A stretch of 64,000 nucleotides of DNA, taken from the sequence record NC_048792.1. One strand, written 5' to 3'. Below the pieces are notes generated by a model. That model was not told the origin of the DNA. It made no database searches and was given only the letters and a program-made list of their open reading frames with translations. The position numbers were made by a program, and so were the translations under genes. This document shows positions 56,823-64,000 of this stretch, piece after piece (position 1 is the first letter of the stretch; each line of letters opens with the position of its first letter).

Positions 56823-56910
56823 ATCGAGATAGTCTACTTAAACCTAGTGAGGAATTCGACGGCGGATACGTCCGTAAGACTACGTAGGTTCGATCCCTAC
56901 TCTCGATCTA
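56823..56910 (+). ncRNA. tRNA-like RNA 1 (acceptor and T arm, no anticodon arm)
   Basis: ATCGAGA/TCTCGAT, GTAGG-TTCGATC-CCTAC, and central stem TAGTCT/AGACTA. Confidence 0.6.
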
Positions 56911-57217
56911 GTTAATAGACATCCTAAGAGATCGGTGAAATGACTGCTACTAATCATAGCGGTCTGCCCCCGTTACTACCTGAGAACGGAAGATGTCTGG
57001 GGTACGATATTACACACTACGTTAATCAACCGGGGTGCAACAGGTCAGGGCTTAAACGCATACCTGAGATCCACTTACCATCTATCGGGTGTTGTGGTGT
57101 GTAATCCATTTAGCTAACATGAAGATCGCTATCTACTATTTAAGGTTTTTGATAGCCAAACCATGAGGAAGTTAAACTGATCGGTAAACAACTTCTGTTT
57201 GTCGGTTAAAAGAACAA

Positions 57218-57345
57218 TGACGCCTGCACGTAAAAAGCAGCCTGCGCCAGCTGGGCGCGGTGGGGGCTAAGTGCCAGCAACTGTTGTGGCGAGATCGCGG
57301 CAACAGCACCGGAAAGCCAGGTGCGATTCCTGGGGGCGTCACCCA
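57218..57345 (+). ncRNA. 128-nt expanded tRNA-like RNA ending in CCA
   Basis: TGACGCCT/GGGCGTCA followed by C-CCA, T arm CCAGG-TGCGATT-CCTGG, and three or four internal hairpins. Confidence 0.6.
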
Positions 57346-57347
57346 AT

Positions 57348-57424
57348 TAGGTACGTAAGTCTCAAGTGGCCGCATTCATCTGCCCGCTGCCTAAAGACTT
57401 TGTGGAATGGATTCCGCGTACCTA
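57348..57424 (+). ncRNA. tRNA-like RNA 2, same topology as 56823..56910
   Basis: TAGGTAC/GTACCTA, central stem AAGTCT/AGACTT, and T-like arm GTGGAA-TGGA-TTCCGC. Confidence 0.5.
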
Positions 57425-57460
57425 AAAACCAGTAAGTTAAACTAATAGGACGATTCTACG

Positions 57461-57970
57461 ATGACTATCCTTAATCGCGATATGATCATGCAAGAACTCT
57501 TAAACTCAATAGATCCTGATGCAGGCCCATGTCTTGGGCTTAGCAGGGAAAAAGAGTTAGCCGAAATTTATACGCTAGGATTCAAGGCACCTCGCCAAAC
57601 GGGGTCTACGTATTGGCTTATCGAAAAACTCATTGAGGATCGTAACTCAATTGTAATTTTGATTAATAGCGACTTTAAAGAACACTTCCTAGCGGATGTT
57701 GAGAAATACCCTAAAGTCATTTTCGACAAGTGTCTTAAATATGGACCATCTGTTGAACGGGGTATTCTTAATGGCGACAAAGACAATATAGTCGATCGTT
57801 GCTTCACTGCCAGGGAATTCTTAAACGCTGACCTAGAACGTCACCGCTACGCCACATCGGTCTTCTTTGATGGCGCGTCGACGATTGCTAGTAAGATTAA
57901 TCTTAATGCGTATTACCGAAAGTTGGCCAAAGAAGTAAAAGGTTATCCGGTTACTTGGCTGATTAACTAA
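57461..57970 (+). CDS. Degenerate P-loop protein with a terminase-like Walker A
   Basis: KAPRQTGSTYWL and VFFDGAS. Confidence 0.6.
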   Translation: MTILNRDMIMQELLNSIDPDAGPCLGLSREKELAEIYTLGFKAPRQTGSTYWLIEKLIEDRNSIVILINSDFKEHFLADVEKYPKVIFDKCLKYGPSVERGILNGDKDNIVDRCFTAREFLNADLERHRYATSVFFDGASTIASKINLNAYYRKLAKEVKGYPVTWLIN

Positions 57971-58062
57971 AGAACACTTGATGTGCTGGTAAAGGTTTAG
58001 TCACCTTTTTTAAGATCGTCCGCTAACGATTGATACTAGCGCATCTTTTTTATTGAAGAATC

Positions 58063-58280
58063 CCGCCGATCGGGTAGTGTACGTCTGGCGTAGCCATTAC
58101 TCTAATTGAGTGGGGCTACGAGGGGTTTACCAGTCGATCGGTGGTACCAAACTCTGAGCAGGTTGCAGCCGGCTGGAGTAAATAGGGGACTGCGAGTCCC
58201 CAGGTGCATAAAGGCCCAGAAATGGCGCCCGGCACAAGACGCAGCGCGTCGGTATCGAGAGGGGCTTCGGCCCCTCTCTT
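58063..58280 (+). ncRNA. Candidate ~200-nt GC-rich structured RNA followed by a terminator
   Basis: CCGCCGATCG/CGATCGGTGG, CGTAGCC/GGCTACG, GGGGACT/AGTCCCC, GACGC/GCGTC, then agaggggc-ttcg-gcccctct. Confidence 0.55.
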
Positions 58281-58304
58281 TATTTTCTTCAACGGGAAAC
58301 TGTT

Positions 58305-58781
58305 ATGAAATTCATACTGGCATTGAATCCTAAAGATCCGGCAATTAAAGGTTACGAATCAGATCTTCTTAAGATGATCCAGATTATGGATAAACGAGAA
58401 GCTACTTACTGGAAAGAGTCAGCTAACTTAGATATCCTTAGTCGTGAGATGGAGTGTAAAACCTTAGAGGAACGTTGGGTGGACGATACTCAAATACTAA
58501 TGCTCCTTGTGAGGGGTAATCCTGTAGGTTTCGTTGAGTACACGACCGCAGTAGTTAACGCTAGTTCTAAGTGGCTTTCTATATGTTATCTGTACGTACA
58601 ACGAGAGTACAGAGGGTTTGGATATGGATCTGCACTAGTTGATCAAGTAAGGAACTTTGCCAAGATCCAACAAGTAGATCAATTGTCACTTTCAGTCAAG
58701 TCAAGAAATAAACGAGCCATTAAGTTTTACAAGAGATACGGTTTCTCGGAACAGACTAAGTACTTCTGTATGAAACCTTAA
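58305..58781 (+). CDS. GNAT-family acetyltransferase
   Basis: LYVQREYRGFGYGSALV, NKRAIKFYKRYGF. Confidence 0.88.
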   Translation: MKFILALNPKDPAIKGYESDLLKMIQIMDKREATYWKESANLDILSREMECKTLEERWVDDTQILMLLVRGNPVGFVEYTTAVVNASSKWLSICYLYVQREYRGFGYGSALVDQVRNFAKIQQVDQLSLSVKSRNKRAIKFYKRYGFSEQTKYFCMKP

Positions 58782-58795
58782 TTAGGAGAGTAACG

Positions 58796-58996
58796 ATGAT
58801 TATCTTCCCTGGGATTACTGCGGTAGAGAAAAGTCAACTGAGCGTCGGTACGCTCATTAATTATACCGGGCTAGGACTCAAGTTTAAATGTGATGTCTGC
58901 GAAGAGAAGTTAACCGTAAGCTATTACAAAGACAGTAAACCCGAAGATCGGATTATCTGTTCAAAGTGCAGCGGTTCTTCTTTCAGCACCTACTAA
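58796..58996 (+). CDS. Small zinc-ribbon protein
   Basis: CDVC...CSKC, AGGAG RBS. Confidence 0.65.
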   Translation: MIIFPGITAVEKSQLSVGTLINYTGLGLKFKCDVCEEKLTVSYYKDSKPEDRIICSKCSGSSFSTY

Positions 58997-59037
58997 GCAA
59001 ACATAGGGAGAGGGAAAACCCTCTCCCTATATAATGT

Positions 59038-60963
59038 TTAAACGCCGTCAGGAATATTGAGCATGGAGTTAACCTGATCCGTAGACCACTCGAGAATATC
59101 GAATGTACGGGAGTTAATGTTCTCCTGGTCACCGGTATCTAAGACGAACTCAAATACGAACGTAGGAGCGTCCTGATCAATCCTGTCAATACGACCTATC
59201 GCTTGTTCCATGTTGTAGCTACGGAACGGCACGTTCAATGCCAGGATGGTATTTGCCATTGTCATCGGTACGGCACTGGAAAGAGATTGGAATGTAGTAA
59301 CCATCGCCCGCTCTTTACCCGTTTCGAACTTCTTGACTTCACTATCAGCAGTACCTTCAGAACTACCGTGAACTACCAGTGGTTGAATGCCTTTACCTTT
59401 AAGATATTTGGCACACTCATCAACTACCTTAACGTACGAAGTAAAGACGACAGTTTTCTTCTCAGCCTCCTCGATATACTTCTCGATTTTAGCATGACGC
59501 ATAACTGCCTCAACTGCTTCCTCACGCCGTTTGGATACAAGTGACCCAAGACACTCCCCTCTGACTTTCAATTCAACATACTTGATTACAGAGAGATAGG
59601 ATCGCAGTTTCTTCCTACGTTCATTATCCAAAGCAGGTAAAAGAACATTCTTCTCGTACTTATTAACAAATACGATAGTGTCCCGGATTTTAGGATAATC
59701 AGTAGTCTTAACTATCACGTTGAACATCTTACGATAAAGCGCGAACTGTTGCTTCTGCTGAGGACTCTTCAACGCCTTCTCAAAGATGGCAAGGGACTCG
59801 TTGTAATACTTCAGAGCATTACCTCGCTGACCTTCCCAGTACTTCAAACGATCCTTGATAAACTTCTCCATATCTTTCTTGAGAGTAGTCAACAAGAAAG
59901 GAGTTGGGTCGGGTATCTTAACAGGGACACGTTCGATCTTAGGTTCGGTTTTAACAACCTCAGCTTTGAAGACGATATTACCCAGACGATGACTAATGAT
60001 GTCGAATACCTTATTACTGGACTTACCGTATAACTTACGGAAAGCCTCTGCAACATCATCGTTCATGAGCGGATCGATTGTCCTTAGCATGGTGATCGCT
60101 TCAGTACCGTATGCCTTAAGCGGGGTTGCCGATGCCCAAATAGTCGACATGGGTTCGATGATCTTCCATGCTTCGTACATGATGTTATTTCGACCACTTG
60201 TCTCTTCGTTCAACGTGTGGGATTCATCGAGTATTAGCGTGACTTTCTTACCACGGAACTTACTCGCAATCTCTTTGAAATAACGTAGGTCTTCTACGTG
60301 GAAGATCAGGAAAGGAGGGGGATTTCCTTTTAACTCTTTGTCCCGATCGTAGATCCAGTACTTAGGAGGATTACGAAAATCTTCCTTCATCGACTTTTCC
60401 CAAACACGATAAACCGCACGTTTGAGTGTTATGATAATCGTGAAGTCTGACCCTAACATCTGGGACAGAGCCAACGAGGTATAGGTCTTACCAGTACCAG
60501 TTCCCATAGCCAACGTATAGCCACGAAGACGGAATCTTGGTACTACGTTATCGTATTTATCAAAGAACTCATCCTGGTGTTCCTTAGGCGTGAATTTGAA
60601 CAATGATAACTTAGAACGATTAAGGATTGGATCGTGTTCTTCTTGAGTACTCTTCAGCCAGGTATTTTCTAACATGGCGTTTTTAACGGACACCAGAGAT
60701 CGTTTGGAGGTCTTGTTTAACTTAGGGAACTCCAATAACTTGTCGACAATGTAAACGAACTCTACTGCGAAGAAACTATAAAACTCAATCTCGTAGGGAG
60801 AGACTTTAATGAACATCGATTTGGCGATCCTGTTTGTCCGCCACAGAGAATAGATGTCCGCAAACATGTTCTTGGTTTTCAAAGCCGAAACAGTAATCTT
60901 CCCATTACTCTCCACGACCTTAACCGAACCAATTAAAGAACGAATTGGGTTAAGAATGCCCAT
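59038..60963 (-). CDS. SF2 (SNF2/RAD-like) helicase, probably late-expressed or virion-associated
   Basis: MGTGTGKT, LDESH, ASATP and QAIGRIDRIDQ. TATG motif upstream on the minus strand. Confidence 0.85.
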   Translation of the reverse strand: MGILNPIRSLIGSVKVVESNGKITVSALKTKNMFADIYSLWRTNRIAKSMFIKVSPYEIEFYSFFAVEFVYIVDKLLEFPKLNKTSKRSLVSVKNAMLENTWLKSTQEEHDPILNRSKLSLFKFTPKEHQDEFFDKYDNVVPRFRLRGYTLAMGTGTGKTYTSLALSQMLGSDFTIIITLKRAVYRVWEKSMKEDFRNPPKYWIYDRDKELKGNPPPFLIFHVEDLRYFKEIASKFRGKKVTLILDESHTLNEETSGRNNIMYEAWKIIEPMSTIWASATPLKAYGTEAITMLRTIDPLMNDDVAEAFRKLYGKSSNKVFDIISHRLGNIVFKAEVVKTEPKIERVPVKIPDPTPFLLTTLKKDMEKFIKDRLKYWEGQRGNALKYYNESLAIFEKALKSPQQKQQFALYRKMFNVIVKTTDYPKIRDTIVFVNKYEKNVLLPALDNERRKKLRSYLSVIKYVELKVRGECLGSLVSKRREEAVEAVMRHAKIEKYIEEAEKKTVVFTSYVKVVDECAKYLKGKGIQPLVVHGSSEGTADSEVKKFETGKERAMVTTFQSLSSAVPMTMANTILALNVPFRSYNMEQAIGRIDRIDQDAPTFVFEFVLDTGDQENINSRTFDILEWSTDQVNSMLNIPDGV

Positions 60964-61023
60964 TACAGTTTACCCGATAGTTGATTAGCCTAGACATAGA
61001 AAATCTCGAAAAGTATTCACGTA

Positions 61024-61039
61024 TATATTACTACCATGA
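61024..61039 (+). promoter_or_regulatory. Early promoter TATATTAC-N5-TGA
   Basis: ttcacgtaTATATTACtaccaTGA. Confidence 0.8.
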
Positions 61040-61065
61040 TAGAGGCCATTAGTAGGTAATGTCAG

Positions 61066-61734
61066 ATGGGCAATCTAATAGTTAAGTTCGATTACCCAGC
61101 GGGTATACGGGCTAAGATAAAAGAATGGGTTAAGAATAATCCGTTCTTCGAAGCATTGATCTTTTCGATGGTAATCGAATCTAAGATCGATACCATGTTC
61201 GCTTGTCCTGAAATAGAAGGGCTCGCAGATAAGTTTAAAGGTAACTACGAATCCCTAGAGGATCACCTTGACGGTAAAGAATTCAGTCATGCTAAACCGA
61301 CTGAATTAGGATTGGACGTAATAGCTAACAAGGATAAAGATAAACTCCTTGACTATTCTCCGATGAGGTCGATAAACGATATCCGTTTCTTCAAAGACCA
61401 AGAAGAGATGAAGAAGTGGTTTAAAGGCCCAGGTAAACACTGCTCCAGATTTATCCTGATTTGTTCAACTGTGGTATTAAAGGAATATGGAGTAGTAAAC
61501 TCCAATCAAGGAAACGACCTGGAAGAGTGTTTAAAGATCAGCGGCAAGATGTTTGATTACATCACAGCCAAGAAAGCGCAGTGGGCAGTATTGAACTTTA
61601 ACGTGAATGGAAATGAGGGAGCGATCAATAATTCGTCTAGAGTTATCGAACGTTTAATCACCTTAACCATGAACGCTAAGAGAAAAGCACGCGGCAGAGA
61701 CGCCGGTAAATTAATCGCACCAATCGAAAACTAA
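61066..61734 (+). CDS. Hypothetical early protein
   Basis: 222 aa downstream of an early promoter. Confidence 0.7.
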   Translation: MGNLIVKFDYPAGIRAKIKEWVKNNPFFEALIFSMVIESKIDTMFACPEIEGLADKFKGNYESLEDHLDGKEFSHAKPTELGLDVIANKDKDKLLDYSPMRSINDIRFFKDQEEMKKWFKGPGKHCSRFILICSTVVLKEYGVVNSNQGNDLEECLKISGKMFDYITAKKAQWAVLNFNVNGNEGAINNSSRVIERLITLTMNAKRKARGRDAGKLIAPIEN

Positions 61735-61744
61735 GGAAATACAA

Positions 61745-62152
61745 ATGAAAAACATCACCAAAACTATCGCAGCTATCGCATTCGCAACCGGCGCTATGTT
61801 CGCAGCCAATAACGCATATGCCGCAGACGGCTACAAATCTCCAGATGTGAAATACGCCAAACCATGCGTAGCCGACGCTCGCCAGAAGGCGCAGCTTATG
61901 GCTAACACCTACCAGGAAATGAACCAGCTGGATTACGAAGCTGAACTGAAACTGGTCGACCCTACCTTCCCGGCGGCATTCCGCAACCCAACTCGCAAAG
62001 AGCAGTTCGTTCACCCGATCGAATTCAAAGTGTTGTTCGTCCGTGGTTTCGAAACCCGTATCCGCGTGATGTACTCCAACTCCTCAGCCACTGATCCTAA
62101 CATGTGCGTATTCCAGGGCATCGAATTCCTCGACCTGACCGACGCAAACTAA
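61745..62152 (+). CDS. Exported (signal peptide) hypothetical protein, probably highly expressed
   Basis: MKNITKTIAAIAFATGAMFAANNAYA-A signal peptide with an AYA cleavage site, and strong codon bias. Confidence 0.75.
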   Translation: MKNITKTIAAIAFATGAMFAANNAYAADGYKSPDVKYAKPCVADARQKAQLMANTYQEMNQLDYEAELKLVDPTFPAAFRNPTRKEQFVHPIEFKVLFVRGFETRIRVMYSNSSATDPNMCVFQGIEFLDLTDAN

Positions 62153-62179
62153 TTCTACCAATCCGAAATAGCGGTCTTA

Positions 62180-62722
62180 ATGGCCGCTAATAAATTTAAG
62201 GAGCTTAACGTGACTAAACGATTTATTCTGCTGAAGGACATCTTTGGTGAAAGTTGGAAACGAGGTGGCGTAGTAGACTTAGCCGAAGTGACCATGATCG
62301 CACCGGCTAATATCGCTGTACCGCGTACTCTCAACGATATCCGCATCATCACTCGTGGCGGTGCAGAAACTCGCATCATCGTTGAAGATTTAAATCAGTC
62401 CTCTATCGTAGCCGCTAACGATAAGTTGGTACAGGCCTTCATGGATTACGTTACCGCTCAAGCAGAGGGGCCGGAACTTCCCCCGGAACAAATTAAACCA
62501 ACACGGGAAGAAAAGCTGGCTCGGTTCAATGAAATGGTCATTGCTGAAATTTCAAAGTTAACTGACTATGGTCGGTTAAGCGCATTTCACCTGAGCATTA
62601 CTGAAACAACGGAGTGGAATCAAAAAGATCTCAACGATCTTGATTCCTTCCTTAAGTATCGTCCGGGTGCGTGGACTAACCAATATCGTAAAATCATGGA
62701 GTGCGAAGATGATCTTTGGTAA
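62180..62722 (+). CDS. Hypothetical protein
   Basis: 180 aa. Confidence 0.65.
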   Translation: MAANKFKELNVTKRFILLKDIFGESWKRGGVVDLAEVTMIAPANIAVPRTLNDIRIITRGGAETRIIVEDLNQSSIVAANDKLVQAFMDYVTAQAEGPELPPEQIKPTREEKLARFNEMVIAEISKLTDYGRLSAFHLSITETTEWNQKDLNDLDSFLKYRPGAWTNQYRKIMECEDDLW

Positions 62723-63011
62723 CTACAAATCAGCCACGATCCAACGTTCAGACGTACCTGATCTGAGATCGCTGTACATCATGGTACTGCTCAACTCCCA
62801 CGCTGTCGACCATCTGGCTGAATACGCTATGGTGCGCGATGAGACAACCGTCGGCGTATTCGCTGTTAAACCAACTGGCGAGACTGTAGAAGACTCGCTC
62901 ACCATTATTCGTTTAACCGGCGGGGCTGTTAAGTTCATCCTTTCCGAATCCATGATTGAGTTTACCGTCGATCAATCCTTCCTCAAACGTTTTATCTCAG
63001 GAATTCAATAA
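62706..63011 (+). CDS. Hypothetical protein
   Basis: The ORF track starts at 62640; ATG near 62709 (MIFGNY) is more likely. Confidence 0.55.
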   Translation, partial: KMIFGNYKSATIQRSDVPDLRSLYIMVLLNSHAVDHLAEYAMVRDETTVGVFAVKPTGETVEDSLTIIRLTGGAVKFILSESMIEFTVDQSFLKRFISGIQ

Positions 63012-63487
63012 TGGCCAGAAAAGTAGAAGTTACTTCCCTTACCGATGATGCCGGTGAACTAGCCTTAACGCTGACCTACGAAGGCCACTCGGAAACTGCG
63101 CGTTTTACCACCGAAGAGTTGAAACCTCTCGATGGATTAAAGTACGCGCTCTGCCTTTTATTTGCAGACGATTGGAAAGAAGAAGGTTTCATTCGCCGGA
63201 TGCATATTACTGAGATAGTAATCAAGTACGATATTACTATCTCTAAAGAAGCGGAGCTTGCGGCGATCCAGTTGAACAATGGTTTCAAAGAACTCTTCCG
63301 TGAATTCCCAGGCTCCGTCGGCAGCAAAGAAGACCGCGTTGACGCACTGATCCAGGCTCTGGTGGCGGACATCAACACTCGCGCCCTGCACAATCATCAA
63401 CACGGCGATCCTTGGACTCTGGAAGACTGTAAGAAAGGTGCCGACCTGGGCCGCAAAGTAGCATTTCAGTTGAAAGAACTATTGTAA
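63011..63487 (+). CDS. Hypothetical protein
   Basis: 158 aa, TAATG coupling, terminator gcagagtaccc-tta-ggggtactctgc. Confidence 0.65.
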   Translation: MARKVEVTSLTDDAGELALTLTYEGHSETARFTTEELKPLDGLKYALCLLFADDWKEEGFIRRMHITEIVIKYDITISKEAELAAIQLNNGFKELFREFPGSVGSKEDRVDALIQALVADINTRALHNHQHGDPWTLEDCKKGADLGRKVAFQLKELL

Positions 63488-63558
63488 CATAATCGCAGAG
63501 TACCCTTAGGGGTACTCTGCTTCATCTAAAGTAACTATTTCTTTTTTTGGAGAATTCA

Positions 63559-64000
63559 ATGAAAACTAAAGTCGAACGTATAAAGGCTGTGTGCGATAAA
63601 CTGAATCCCGAAAAAGAATACTTCTTTACTGGGATCGGTTCAACCGAAGTAACCGAAGACGAGTTCTCTTTAATGAAAATGCTCGCCTCAGTAATCTCAG
63701 TTACTTTCAGAATCGGAGTTCGTTCAGGCCGTGCTCCTGGATCGGACCAAGCCTTCCAAGCTGGCGTGGAGTATTCCAACCATAAATGTAGTTTGAACAA
63801 TCTCCCCTTAGCTCCATTGGAGATTTATTTACCCTGGAAAAAGTTTGAGCTTGATAACCCGAATACCTCTAAGGATAATTCAATTTGGGAAATGGATCAC
63901 TACGACAAAGCCTCAGAGATCTGCTCAACTATTCACCCTATCTTCGACAGACTCACGGATGCCCAACGTAAGTTCCATGTACGTAACGTTTATCAGACCT
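63559..64000 (+). CDS. Hypothetical protein, truncated by the window end
   Basis: GGAG RBS, ATG AAA ACT AAA GTC, open to the end of the window. Confidence 0.55.
   Translation, partial: MKTKVERIKAVCDKLNPEKEYFFTGIGSTEVTEDEFSLMKMLASVISVTFRIGVRSGRAPGSDQAFQAGVEYSNHKCSLNNLPLAPLEIYLPWKKFELDNPNTSKDNSIWEMDHYDKASEICSTIHPIFDRLTDAQRKFHVRNVYQT

Noticed and set aside
57218-57345. tRNA-Sec (8/5 fold) or tmRNA
   Set aside because: There is no UCA anticodon arm or Sec-type D arm, and it is far too short for tmRNA with no tag ORF.
56479-58333. ORF-track ORFs at 56479-56673, 57172-57375 and 58106-58333
   Set aside because: They overlap tRNA or structured RNA modules, lack an RBS, and have atypical composition.
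1-64000. CRISPR array, integrase, transposase, rRNA
   Set aside because: No regularly spaced direct repeats or matching catalytic motifs were seen. The three-copy GA element is dispersed rather than arrayed.

Overview
This 64-kb window comes from a nucleus-forming, phiKZ-related jumbo phage (Chimalliviridae-like). Codon usage in the highly expressed genes suggests an enterobacterial host, which is an inference. The conserved core appears in phiKZ-like order: large terminase, PhuZ tubulin, split B-family DNA polymerase, chimallin (ChmA), four non-virion RNAP subunits, an SbcD-like phosphoesterase, probable ChmC and PicA (by synteny) and SF2 helicases. Accessory blocks of small ORFs lie at about 5.5-15.3 kb and 45-64 kb. 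The most unusual signals are non-coding. (1) A three-copy intergenic element has two strand-specific hairpins with C-GNA-G triloops and repeated tandem G.A mismatches, with compensatory changes between copies; this pattern is typical of structured single-stranded DNA. (2) A 1.4-kb RNA island holds one normal tRNA-Tyr, one aberrant tRNA and several tRNA-shaped RNAs without anticodon arms, with a further 200-nt GC-rich structured RNA nearby. (3) An 850-nt densely folded region at 4.65-5.5 kb is a candidate large ncRNA. Also notable are a tandem array of ten similar-looking orphan ORFs between phuZ and the DNA polymerase, and a host-SSB-like C-terminal tail on the ChmC-position protein. All family calls come from motif recognition and remembered synteny; no database searches or folding programs were run.
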